A stretch of DNA of 64,000 bases from Camelus dromedarius (lineage: Eukaryota). Every line of letters begins with the position of its first letter. Position 1 is the first letter of the stretch. The DNA lies in assembly GCF_036321535.1 (NCBI RefSeq), contig NC_087436.1, positions 43,154,001-43,218,000 of the forward strand, given 5' to 3'. A program made the position numbers and the translations under genes. Below, one piece after another: positions 1-12,648 of this stretch. The notes below the pieces were generated by a model. It had not been told where the DNA came from, made no database searches, and saw nothing but the letters and a program-made list of their open reading frames with translations.

Positions 1-1512
1 ATTTGGAAAATAAAATGCTATTCCTCTAAGAAATAGATATTATTTTTGCTGTATGGTTAAAACAGTCAACGAGCAGTTTTGCAGAAAACGTATACACATA
101 CTGCACTAAACATTGACTTAAGACTGTACAGACAATAAAAAAACACATTAACATACTCAGTTTTAATTGTATATCTTACTCTCCAAATGAAATTCAGCAA
201 TCATGCAAAGTATAAATTCTTATTGAAGTTTTCTAAATTGTGAGATACAGTGTTATCACAATTTAAAAAGAATAAAAGCAAAAGCAATCCACCATTATTA
301 TGCAGATGACTTGCCTAGGAATTATGTAGTTGATTAGCTAAACAGTACATGCTTCAGAGGAGGCAGCAGAAAACAAAGATTCTGGTCTTTTGAGAACTAT
401 ATCCTCCACCCCAAAAGTTATGAATCCTTAGGTTTACTTTTAACTCATCCAGGACCATGGGGTGGGGACGAGGAGGAGATTGTAGCATTCGGAGTTAGTT
501 ATAGGGTAAAAATAGGAAAAAAAAAGTCATCAGGGTGCTTCAGTGATCCACATATACATAGCAAGAGGGTCTTAGATTAAATCTGATTTCTGGGGTCCTG
601 TGAGAAAATCGTGTCACAAGCTCTTTCTTCTCTGTAATTCTCTTAATTCCTTCCTGATCGTCCAAATTCTATGACTTGAAAAACTGATGGAAAATGGCTT
701 TGAAAAAAGTGACTCAAATTTGTTAAAATCACCAAAAAGTTATTTATCATTATATTTATGTATAGAAACATAATATTTAGAATGTATTTCAGAAAAAGTA
801 AAAGAACTTATATAAATTTTTCAAAATGTCTTATTTGTAGACAACCTGTAGTCTCATGATGGATGGCTGTATAATAAAAATAGTATAATCAGCAGGCTGA
901 TAAGAACCTTTAAAATAACTTTATTAAAATAACATAGAAAAATGGACATTTTTAGAACACTAACTGAAATAATTCTATTTCCAATTACAATTTGCAAAAT
1001 ATCAAAAGGGTGCATTTAAAGAAGTACTAGCAAGCAAATGCACTATTAATAAACTTTCTGCATTTGGTTCACCTAGAATATAGTTCAGAAAAACTCTGCT
1101 CAGTGACGCTTAAAATCATAACCTTTAATATGACTTGAAAATAGCTCAACCAATTTGCATAATTGCCAGGAATAACATTTTTCAGCTCTATGTAGCACTT
1201 TTTCTCACAAAAGAAGCTGAGATATGGAGATCCACGACCAACACAGCTTTCACATGAGGTCTACATTAATTTTGGCACAACCCTACCTAATTTCCAACAA
1301 AATAAACAATACCCACTTTCTCTTTACCATAGAGAAAGGGGAATTCAGCCATGGCCATGATCTGGAGAAGACAAATCTCTCCCTCGTGCCCTCTCTCTGG
1401 CTAGGTACTGTCACACTGAAGCATCCTGAGGCAGGGTATATGCAGAGGGAGATGGTGAAAAGGGGAGAGGAATAGGAGACATGTTCAGAGAAGGAATTAT
1501 GCAGAAGTTCAC

Positions 1513-1548
1513 CTGCTGCTGTCACGATCAAGACATGGAGAGGTGCGG
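1513..1548 (-). CDS. ANK2: ANK2 alternative 36-nt cassette exon, (G)RTSPCLDRDSS(S), just before the ZU5 domain
   Basis: Acceptor ttctgttgcAG, donor CAG|gtgaac, phase 2/2; resembles the RASPCLERDNSS insert I recall from ANK2 isoforms. Confidence 0.88.
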
Positions 1549-3704
1549 CTGCAACAGAATAGATACTTTAGCACAGAGAAGGAATGGATAAAGGGAAATA
1601 TAAAGAAAGAAATCAGAAGTGACTTTCAACTGAAATATATTATCTATATAACAATACAGTATTCTTTGAAAAAAGATGGAAATATAAATGAGATATAGCT
1701 CTATGCAAATGCTGAAGAAGAGTCAGGTATGGGAGCTTTGTGGCACCTCCCAGGTTAGGGAATTGGGATCTTACAAAATCTCTGGATATGGCTTTGTAGC
1801 CCTATTCAACACTGGCTTACATGGGCACTTAAAGTCTAAATGTCCAAGAAACTGAAAAACATCAAGGGGCATTATAATGAAAGTTACAGGGGCTTTGATT
1901 TGATGGTCATAGTTTTGACTCCAAAGCTTTTTGTTCGTGTTTTTAATACTTTCAAAATAATGGCAATGCCCTCTTGGGCTATTACAGAAGAAATGCAAAC
2001 AGAAAAGGCATGATTTTAAAAATAGCTCCAATGACAAACAGTAGCATAAACTATAAGGCAAAGTAAGTAGGTAACATTAATTACCTACTAGTAGGTAACA
2101 AAAAACTATGCAAACAAAGCCTTAGTGCTTTTTTTCAAGGCTTTCATTCCCTGTTTTGGGGATTGCTGTCTTCCTCACTGGTGGTATTGTTTAGTCCCAC
2201 TTTATAGTCCTGCCTATCACTGCTCTTCCACCCGAGTCTGCTCTTCCTCAAAACACTCTTTAAGTTTTCACAGAGTTCACTGGGGTTTTCAACACCTGAT
2301 GATATACAAATGGATATATGTATCTTTTGGACTGGAAATTCAACCTTATGAAATAGCTATTTAGCTATTTATAAAATAATTTTCTTCACCCAGAAGAATT
2401 TACTTTCATGTATCTTTAAAAAAAATTAGAGTATTTGAAATACACGAACAGCTAAATTAACTGTTATAGATACTTAGATAAATATTAATGTTGTCAGATG
2501 GAAAACAGCCTTAATTTCCTTGTATTTCAAATATCAACTTCTGCTATTTGAGCTAACAACTTTACATGTTTTTTAAAAATAGACTGTATTTTTAGAGTAG
2601 TTTTAGATTCATGGTGCAACAGTCTTCAACATGTTTTTATGAAAAACAAGTTCTTTAAAAGATTTCTTTCTTACAGACTTCTCATATCTTGTAGTATTAC
2701 ATCATAAATTGAGATTTAAGTGTTGGCACTTGGCTGTTATTAAAAACTATAAAAATAAAGATCTTTGAAATAATATTTAAAATGAGTCATGAAACTAGCT
2801 ATTCCTAGGAACTTGTGCCTTGTATCTGTTGATTCACTATGCACTTAGAAAATAGAGAATTGTAGTTCAAATTCTTATCCAAGCTTGTGTTGGGTATGAT
2901 CATGATTGTGATACTAGAAACAACTGTTGGTTAGATTGTGAATGAGTAATGCAACTTCTTCAAGAACAACAATAAAAATATTACTGTCAGCCTTTCTTTT
3001 CCCGGATAATTGGCTGTATCTATTGGGCAGAACATATTTTTTAATCACCGAAGCTTATTTTCCTGTAGCAATGAACATTAGTGTTTGGAAATAGCAGAGG
3101 TGAAAGAAAATCACAAACACTCCTTATTGGCAGAAGCTGTGTTTCATATTAATCTAAAATCCCTTTAATCTAATAGAACATTATATACCAAATTAGTAGC
3201 ATATGTATATAAAAGCTAACTTTATTATCCCCTCTATCAAAAATTTTTTTTCTTACATTTTGGGGAGATTTTAAAGTGGTTTAAGAATTCACCCAATTAG
3301 TTAAAGGGAAACTCAGTTCCTTGAACACTATATAAAAACTATTACTCAGGAACCTGGTGTAAGTGAATAAAATTACAAGAAATCATTGTTACATGATATG
3401 ATATTATGAATGTTATTTACATACATTAATATCATGGTAACTTTCAAATACCATCATACTCAGAATCCTTGAGTTTTCAGTGGGTACTGCTCATCTTACT
3501 AGAATCATCTGTTGCACTGTTTGTTCAAATACTGTAGTAGAGACATAACTAGATGATAGATTACCTGATAAAAATAAGTCAAATGCTGCCATTATGAATT
3601 GTACCACATTGGTATTGTCACATAAAGGACTCAGAATCCTTTCTGCATAACTGATTGGAATTTGTGAAAAATATGGAAGATGTGAATGGGGATTTTATAA
3701 ATAT

Positions 3705-3935
3705 TAATGGCTACAATCTATTGAGTACTTACTCTTTCTAGGCAGAATGCTAACTATTTAAGAAGCATCTAATCCTTAAAACTCCCCTATGGAATCCAGA
3801 AGATAACATTCATCTCATAGATACGTAAACTGAAACTCAAGATATTTTATACAACTTGCTCAGTGTCACATAGAGTGTCAGGGCCAGGATCTGAATTCTG
3901 ATTGGTCTGACTCCAAAGCACACTCAACCATCATG
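3705..3935 (-). mobile_element. MIR SINE
   Basis: Reverse MIR core: aaactgaaactca...acttgctcagtgtcaca...tctgactccaaagc. Confidence 0.7.
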
Positions 3936-4181
3936 TTATTTCTCTTCCACAGATTGTCTTCAAATTCAAATAACAACATATAGGTGTGTTTCCTAAAGGT
4001 AAGGGCTAGGTCTTACTTATCTATTTTTATTAGTGCCTGGTACAAGGTTTGGTATATTGTAAAATTCAACAGTGTACAAAGAATGAATCTTTAAGGAAAT
4101 GGAAGGGGTAAAAAACATTTGAGAGAACTAGTCATGTGTTAATTACCTAAGTCTCCCTTATAGTCAGAGTTTTATTAGGCA

Positions 4182-4365
4182 CAGTTGTTCCTTTCTAACA
4201 CTTTATATAAAACATATATATCTGGACTATTGGCGCTTGCAGAAAATACCAGGCCAAGGCCCCAACAACAGAGGCTGGGATGTAACTGGTTTGGGCTGGG
4301 GCCTGGGCATCAGTATTTTTTAAAGCTCCCAGGTGATTCCAGTGTGCAGCCAGAGTTGACGTTTA
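4182..4365. mobile_element. MER5-type hAT-Charlie element
   Basis: ggggcctgggcatcagtatttttt aaagctcccaggtgattccagtgtgcagccagagttga. Confidence 0.75.
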
Positions 4366-6074
4366 GAGTCGGTGATCACGTTCGAAGTTCACAGAAAAAC
4401 TGATTTATTACAGACCAAGATTTTAAAGATCCTTATTTTAATAAGTAATTAATCGTTAACCACTGGATACTCTTGGTTCATCGTAAATAATCAACTCTAC
4501 TTGAGCGTGTATCTTGTTTTATTCAGTTGGTATGTATACTGATGTACTTCAGCTAAGTATAACACCACCTTTCAGTAGTTAAGACTTCTTTAAGAAATTA
4601 GTTTTTTAAGGTAAATTATTCTGAAAATTAAAATTTTACCATAACATTTTGACTCTTTTGTAAATTCAGCTACTAATAGTTAATCACATTTTGCTTTAAA
4701 TAACCTTTCACTTTGTAGGCTGTGGGTATGGACCTCAAATACTTGATTATGGCTTCTAGATTTTGATCTATTATTTATCAACACTGTAGATCCAAGTTTC
4801 TTTTTTTTTCTTTTCATCATTGTTGAGAAATTTACTAGAATAATGCAGTGTTATGCTTTTTGAATAATTTATAGCTGTCAGATTTTAACTATCTCATTTT
4901 ATACTTAAAATATGTAGGTAAATTTGGATGCAGTTTAATTGGTTTTTATTCCTTTGAATAATGGTTGCATCAAGAACTAGCTCTTATATATTTAACAAAG
5001 AAGAATGTTATGATTATTTTCAGTATTTATATAACTAATTTTATATTCTACAAGCCTTTAGCAGAAGATCAGACTAAGAAATCCAAAAATTTAACCACAG
5101 TATCTTACAATGCTTTCCCAAAAGGAGAATGTTTTAGAATAATAAAAACAAGATAGGATCCACTACCCAAAATAGTTCTGGGGATTATGGATAAGGAGTT
5201 GGGGATGAAAATTGAAATCAAAATATTACGTTTAGTTAGATAAAAAAGTGGGGGCTTAAGAAGTGATTGAATAAAAACTATTTTAAAAGTGTATATATAG
5301 TCATGCAATTACTATACAACTTGAAACCACTAGCATGTAAGGAAGAAACCCAAGAATGAAGAGTGTATGAAAAATATAATTTAAAACTCCTTAAGGAATT
5401 TATGTTCTATATAATTGAATTCTTATAACTTAAGAACATCCTTAAGAATGTTTAAAATTATTAAAGTCCTAGTTTTTAATGAGTTAATATAAATAGGCAG
5501 CATTTCTTAACTAGTGGCATATAGATTATCCGAGTGATTTTTAAAAGATAACTGAGAACCTGTCTGGTTGCCTTCAAATTTCCCTTTTTTAGTATATCCC
5601 TACTTCAAATAACATGTGAGCTCCTGTGTATATTTGTGTGACTCAAACTGCTATAAATATTATTTTAAATGTACTAATATGTAAGGACAGGCATCTATTA
5701 AACTAGTCAGTTAATCTTAAGTAAATAGAATTTTCAAAAAAAAGCAAATGATCCTGCCCCTCTTTTTAAAACATCTTAAAGACAAAATGTGAATGGGAAG
5801 GAGATCATCGGTATATTCCTGTTAGTTAGCAAGCTGTTTGACGCAATTCTACTAGTTATTTTAAAACAACAGTCAGTTTTTCTATGCTGAATTCAACCCC
5901 TTTTGCCGGTTTGTTTGTGTGGATAGAGTCCATGTTGGATGAAGCACTGGCACGTTTTTAAAAAGGTCACTTCCCCTGTGAGCTGGCCATCAGCTAAAGC
6001 TGCTGGACAAAGCTGTTATTTTCACTCATCTCTTTTTACCTCTTAATCTGGATACATAATATTGATTTACTCAC

Positions 6075-6178
6075 CCTGAATGAATAGGGCTGGAAGAAAG
6101 AGCCACATTGTCTAAGTTCTCAGTGCCCCAGCTCAGACGATAAGAATTCCTTTCTGCCTCCTTGGCGAGAGTTGACAC
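6075..6178 (-). CDS. ANK2: ANK2 exon (~26), 104 nt, [34 protein letters not shown](G)
   Basis: Acceptor ctttgtgtttAG, donor AGG|gtgagt, phase 0/2. Confidence 0.96.
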
Positions 6179-6877
6179 CTAAACACAAAGAACACTGGAT
6201 TTAATAAAAATACTTTCCTTTGATTGAATTAAAACATAATGAACTCTAAAAGGTGGTATCCCAGGAAGGTGGTATTACTTGGAAAAACTTTCATTTAAAA
6301 CATATATAAGCCTGAGGCATTTAAAATGTATCTTTTATAATGGATTCCCATTTAAATGATATTATTGATCATATTTGTGTCATTGTCTTAGAAGAGTAGA
6401 CGTTCATCCATTTCCCTATATCCAACCAGCCAAAACTGATAAAATCATACCTCAGATTAACATATTCATAACAAACCCTACATCTTTTCTAATAGATAAC
6501 AATTTTAAATATTGAGAGACATATTCTAACCTGGACCATTCACCTTATACCTTAAATGCATCCTATCTTACTTTTTTCCTTTAATAGAGATTTAAGAAAG
6601 AAACTGAGTTTTACATATAATCTCCACAGAATAATTCAATATAGCTGAAGAAACAAAAAGTATATTATTTTAGAAAATCTCTACTCATTGAAAAATCCAG
6701 CAAACATTTTTTTATGTTTCAGAAAAACTCTCAAATCTTGGATACTAGCTTGTCAACTGACTTAGATAATTTTTTTTTTTTTTTTAGATTAAAAAACCTC
6801 CTCTGGACATTTCCAGCATCAGATAACGTTAAAAAGCTCTCCAGAAAGCAGAAACGTGAAGGCAAAAAGTCACATAC

Positions 6878-6980
6878 CTGGTGACTGGGGATCACAACTG
6901 TGTCGTCGATCATGGCACTGTCCCTCAGGTAAGAGGCATGGCTCAGGGTGTGAGACCTGTCGGAACTGAAGGATCGAAGG
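6878..6980 (-). CDS. ANK2: ANK2 exon (~25), 103 nt, (S)[34 protein letters not shown]
   Basis: Acceptor cctaccAG, donor CAG|gtatgt, phase 2/0. Confidence 0.96.
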
Positions 6981-7687
6981 CTGGTAGGTTGGCAGGAGGT
7001 CATGGTCACATACGCAGTGGTAGGGTTGGGAGGATGAAATGGTGAGCCGAGCAGGAGAATGAAAAAAGCGTGCTGTTAGCTAACAGTGCAACTTCCAGGG
7101 GGACATTAATTGCAACCGTAGAAGAAGGACACACAGATCTCTGTGTTCAGTACCTCTCTGTCCAACAACTAAACTAACACATCTTTTGTCTGGTTCCTAC
7201 CATTCAATGGCAAGGGCACCAGGGAATCCAGAAGATAAAATTTGATACTCCTAATCTGATTCATTTTCTTCCAAGAAATGTTTGAAACCAGCAACTGTAG
7301 CTTATTTCCAGCCAGTATAAGAAAACAGTTCCAGGATAGATGGCTTAAATCTGCGTTAAATGTTCATCTCCCTGCAGCTAAGAAAAATATTAGCGGGGGA
7401 AATAAGACAGCCCTCAGAAAGAACAAAATGAAAGCACAGGTTTCATTTTCACTTATTTTCCTTTCTCTCCATGCCTCTTCCTTTTCCTCTGCAACTGTGA
7501 ATGACTGAACGTTGGTACACACCCCTGGAAGGTACAGAGCGAGATGAACTATGGGTGGATGCATGCTTCCTGCGGAAGTGGGGTTCCTCTTGTTTGTCTC
7601 TGGTGTTTCCAACAATGCTATTTCAAAGGACAGCACTGTTCCCTGTGCACGTCCTGTGAGTGGTGAGTGAAGCACCAAAGAGAGCTG

Positions 7688-7701
7688 GTTGCTACGGCAA
7701 C
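7688..7701. promoter_or_regulatory. RFX X-box motif GTTGCTACGGCAAC
   Basis: Reverse strand GTTGCCGTAGCAAC fits GTNRCC-N(0-3)-RGYAAC. Confidence 0.5.
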
Positions 7702-8689
7702 GAGACGCAAGGGCACAAGAGACCACGTTTTTAAGACCAAGCCACAACACGTACACATCTGCCAGCATGGAAAACGAATTGCCAATGGACACTGAGCAAA
7801 AATGAGGTGTGGCTTCAAAATGGGATTTAGGCCTTGATAATCAATGCTTTACATTTTTGATAAGTCTGAATTTCAAAGTTCTGAATTATATGCTCAAATG
7901 CAATGAGTGAAGCTTGACATTTGCACAGATGCCATTTCATTCCTTTCTAGTTAATTTGTACAGTCAAATGACAAATAGATTGATATCTTAAATAAACTAT
8001 ATTTTATATATGTTAGTCCAAGAATTAAAGATCTGTATTCAAAATATTAGCCTAAAGCCCATAGAGGAAAATAAAGAGATACACAAACTTTCACAATATT
8101 TACAGACACAAGGCTTCATTTACTTTCAGCTAGTAGTTATTTGGCCAGTGAAGCACTATAGAATTATGGACTAAATGTCAAGTTAGCATATTTATTAGTA
8201 GAAACTATATCTACTTTTGTAAGTCATATACTGTCATCTTTATGAGGTGCCAATATAGCCAACTTCAATTATCTTTGAGGAATCATCACTTGGTAGATGA
8301 TTCAGAGTAATGCAGGGACTTCTCCCTCCTACTCTGCTATAGAATTTATGCTCCCAAAGTAGATGCCAAATATTACAGAGTAAACGACATGAATCAAAAA
8401 ACTTTCCTTGATTGCCTGATCCTACATTTTTACACCTACATAAATCTCGTGCTTACAATAAAAGGAAATCTAAACAGAATTTGGCAAGTCGTTATTTTAC
8501 GTTATATTGGTTCTTGGAGAAGATTGAGGATCCTGACATAGCCAAGGCAGGAGCAGCCTGGATGCCTAGTAAATCCACCCACAAAGGTTTTAGTCCAGGG
8601 AGTTGGAAGCAACTGATATTATAGCTGTTTTTACAGCTGTGCAGTTGGATTTCGACAGTGCAACTCATAAACAGGCTGCTGTGACTAAC

Positions 8690-8707
8690 CTTGGCCTGAC
8701 CTTGAAA
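8690..8707 (-). CDS. Candidate 18-nt ANK2 microexon TTTCAAGGTCAGGCCAAG, (S)FKVRP(S)
   Basis: Acceptor ttaatcctctttccatcctcAG, donor AAG|gttagt, phase 2/2, no stop; motif evidence only. Confidence 0.4.
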
Positions 8708-10320
8708 CTGAGGATGGAAAGAGGATTAAATTAACGGGGAAAGGGGTCTTTGATCTCAGCAAAAGCTCTTCTCAATCGGCGGACTGAACATTTTTTTTTC
8801 CTGCTTTAAACCACAAAGATAGCTAAGGTTCACTTCTATGTGTTTTATACCAGACAGCATTAGATCAACAGCTCCTAAATTCTAATATCCTTTATTTAGT
8901 GTTGAACTAAGCCAAGAGAAAACAGTAGAGGGGTCAACCTCTTGAAATAATATGGCTGTCTATGGGCTCAAACATTTTCCTCCATCAAGTTCTACTGGGC
9001 TCAGATTTGTTAATTACATAATCTCTATCCATGGCTTTAAACTTCAAAGATCCAGACTGTGAATTTACACATGCAAAATGTTAGATTTATATGAATGAAT
9101 GCACAAAAGCAGCAAGAGGCACTGGGATGCAGGATTAAAAATGCCTGCTCATAACAGCAAGAGAAGACTTAGTCACTAGGTAGATTTAGTTTACTGCCTT
9201 CTAAAATGCTAAATGTTATTTAATCAATTGCTCTTTTTTCTATGATGTCATAGAATCTACTTAAGTGAAATAAATGAAGTTAGACTATTCCAAGAGTAAA
9301 AAATGATTCTTTCTGAAGGAGTAATGACCAGCACAAAGGTCTAGAATAATTCAAGTCTCTGGATCAGAAACTGTCTAATTTTAAAACCCCAATTTAAACT
9401 GTCTAATTTAAAACCCTGATTTAAAACATTGCAAACAAGTTTAAATAGTTCACAATAGAGTTTCCATTTTTTTTCATTAAGTTAGAGGTGGTGCTGTTCA
9501 GTTAATAAATTTGCAATAACACGTATCCACAGAAGTGTAAAAATTTACTTGCTGTCCAGCTAAGGAATGTGCCAATACTTTGTTACCATCTTAAATTTAT
9601 ACTTTTTTTCACCGTATTACAACTGCTTTATGGACATACATTAGGTGGTATCAAAGTCTGTAGTTCTACTGTATTACCGCTAAGATGGTAATAATTACCA
9701 TTTTAGTAAGCTGCAATATTTATAAGACATTCAATTAATAGTCTTTCAAACTTACTGGACAAGTGAATATGCAAAACCTTCAATGTGTTTACTTTAACAC
9801 ATAGAAAAACTTCTGTGGTTCACTGTTAGGCTTTTGCGTTGAATTTGAATAGCATTTTTAATTTGTAAACAATAATAAAATAAAATGGACACAAAATCTA
9901 GCTAACCAGAACTTGGTTTTGTTTCTGCTCAATGTAATTAAAATTTAACTATTTTTATTCTTCTGTATCCATGTACATTTTAGGTATCAGAATCACCTGT
10001 CATCTCCAACTATACAGAGGCTTATTAGGTTCCTTTGAGGGAAGCCACGCTAATGTTTCATCAACCACAAGGTGGAGCTGTGACAGATAAAGCAAAGTCA
10101 GGCCTGGGACATACCACAGACTTTATTCTAGTAAAACATTTACCCTTCTAGCTCAAAAAGTTATTCAGTTTAATACATAAAAATCACAATTTAAGAATAA
10201 ATCCATAATTCTAGAACATAAGCACCCCCTGCCAACACACACACACACACACTGAGCAGTGAGCAGGGAAATGTGAATGTATCCAGGAAGGGTCATGTTT
10301 TCATGCCATGTAGTACCTAC

Positions 10321-10332
10321 CTGGGCATGGTA
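10321..10332 (-). CDS. ANK2: ANK2 12-nt microexon TACCATGCCCAG, (S)TMP(S)
   Basis: Pyrimidine tract, TGC, then tttcaatAG; strong donor CAG|gtaggt; symmetric phase 2/2. Confidence 0.85.
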
Positions 10333-10829
10333 CTATTGAAAGCACGCCAAATAAAGAAATAATGAGAAGGAAAAAAATGGTTACCAAAAAAAGATGACAT
10401 ACTGAATTGTCTCGGCAAAATTAAAAAATAAAACACTGCAACCATGAAAATGGGATGCTGCCTATAATTCCATCTTGGAGACCATGAACACATCTGGTGT
10501 TCTAGAAATGCAAGTGTGGACCTGGAGAACAGATCATATCTTCTTTGTTTCCTGACCCTGTCTCAGGTAAAATCATCAAACCATGGACGTCTGTTTCATA
10601 GAAAGTATTGTTCTGAATTCTTTCTCAGTACTAAGTGTTTTCAAAGACAGCAAAAGGATCAAACCAAGCACTTACTCTTAATAAAAGTGACCAAGCTGGG
10701 GAAAAAAAAAAAGACTTTTTGGATGACAGTAATGATTATTCATAGATTATTATGAATTTGTGCAAAGCCATAAACATTTCATTTTATTGAAATCTGAAGT
10801 CTTTTAAGAATCTCAGATTGTGAGGTCTA

Positions 10830-11565
10830 AATCTGTCAGTGTGTCAAAATTCAATATCCAGAACACTGATACGGCACAAGACCTCGCTACCCTCACCCTC
10901 CAAGTAGCTCCTCCTTCTGATCCCACAAACCACTCTCTGTCTAAGTCATTGAAGCCACAAAGTCAATCAAATCTTCTTCTTCTTCACCTACCCCATGAAA
11001 TCCATCACCAAATCTGACCAGTTTTATCTCATAGATAAATTCTCAAATTTTTCATTTCTAAAATGTTCCCCATGACTGCTACTACCAAAGTTCAAATCTT
11101 GTCTTAGTAACTTCCGCTAAAATTACTGCAATAGTTTCTCAGATGGTTGCTGCCGCCAGGTTTAACTCTTTGACAGTTTTCCTCTAAAATTCATCCTCTA
11201 CCTCACCATCACAGGGATGCCAAATGCGAATGTAACCTTCCCTCCTTATACTTACATTTCAGCGACACTGCACTATCTAGTTTCTCTCACACACCATGAG
11301 TCTTTGCTCATTTTATTAAGGCTTCAAATGCCCTCCTCACCTTTCCTCACCATCACTACTCATCATCCTGTCTTGGTTTGGACTCATCTCCTGCAGGAAG
11401 CCTGAGCCTCAGGGTTCCAGTTACACTCAGTGGGTACCACTAGCCTTGTCTCTCTGACCCTTCATGAGACTATGAATGTAGTGACTGTATCTTAATCATG
11501 TTTGCATCTCTAGCACCTACCACAAAGCCAGCCCAGAAAGGCACTTATTACATGCACATCAAATT
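10830..11565 (+). mobile_element. LINE-2 3' fragment(s)
   Basis: Pyrimidine-rich L2-like body ending tttgcatctctagcacctaccaca; boundaries approximate. Confidence 0.6.
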
Positions 11566-12503
11566 AAAAAAAAAAAAAAAAAAGATAGGAGGAGAGCATT
11601 AGTACTCATGGAAAAAAAAAACTAAGAAAAGTTTGTTTTTGCTAGCTATCCATTTAGAATTGACTACTCTTTACAGTATTTATTTGTTAGACCCCAACTA
11701 TGCTGGAAACAGCTTAAAATAGAGCGAAGATTAAAATGATAAACCTGGGATTATTGATTAGCAACAGACATTACACCATATGGACAACCTTAATCTTAAC
11801 CTAAGCTGACAGTCATGCTTATAATGAGTTACCATGGAATGTTCTTAATCAGTTTGTCTTAAAAAATCATAAACATCAATTGCATTAATTATCAATAACC
11901 AAAAAATAAAATTGATTGTATATTTCAGAATATTATATAAACCTCCTCAGGTTTGGCTATGAAACCTAGGCTCCTTCAGATTTTGCTCAGATCACTTTTG
12001 GTATCCAGGCTCTTGGGGGATTCTTTTCTGATTCTTTTTCATAAAAAGTCAGTTCCAGGCAAAGTTTCCTTCAGAATTTGTTACTTTTTAATCCTTCTTC
12101 ATAGCATACTTCTGTTCACAGAAACCAGGGCACATCCAAAAAAACCCAAGAGGACTGGAAGTATCTATAATTGCCATTTAGTAAGAGTGCCCATAAGGCA
12201 AAACTGTCCTTTTTATTTGCCTGGAGAAGAAAGTTGCAGATGATTAAAAACATCATATTTAATGGAAGTGGGCTCTTCATTGATCATGGCTCTGCTTCTT
12301 ATGATGTTTGACTTTTACTAAGCATTAGTCTCTCCAGGCTTCAGTTTCCTGTGCTTTAACATGGACACTTAGAGTTGTCAGTGAACTCCTGAGAGCAGTG
12401 AGATGCCCCTTAAGTGTCAATAATTGTGTCTTCTTTTTAAATTACCATCGTAAAAATGTGTTGCGCTCACTTCTGATATCAAATGAAAGCTTTACATGAA
12501 TAC

Positions 12504-12648
12504 CTGTCAGAGCGTCCGCCCTCCAAGCTGTAACGCAGGTAATTCATACCATCCAGGAACTGACTGCTGGGTAGAGAGTCATCACCCAGTTCTTTTAGAT
12601 CCTCGGGTCTAAGGTATTCTCCCCCATCACCTGTCATTGTGTCATCAC
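12504..12648 (-). CDS. ANK2: ANK2 exon (~24), 145 nt, (G)[47 protein letters not shown](S)
   Basis: Acceptor ttatttcaAG, donor CAG|gtattc, phase 1/2. Confidence 0.97.

Noticed and set aside
3555..3585. ttatttttatCAG|GTAATC recursive-splice-like motif
   Set aside because: Verified recursive sites occur in very long introns; this intron is only a few kb and a single motif is expected by chance.
7364..7792. 142-aa minus-strand ORF
   Set aside because: It starts at a non-ATG codon, has no recognisable homology or fitting splice sites, and is better explained as regulatory sequence.
9987..9999. 13-nt AG...GT candidate microexon (TTGGAGATGACAG|gtgatt)
   Set aside because: The pyrimidine tract is weak, and it is frameshifting with an immediate stop; likely chance.
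11941..12175. Purine-rich, exon-like stretch after exon ~24
   Set aside because: It has an early stop in the required frame and a poor donor (gtttat).
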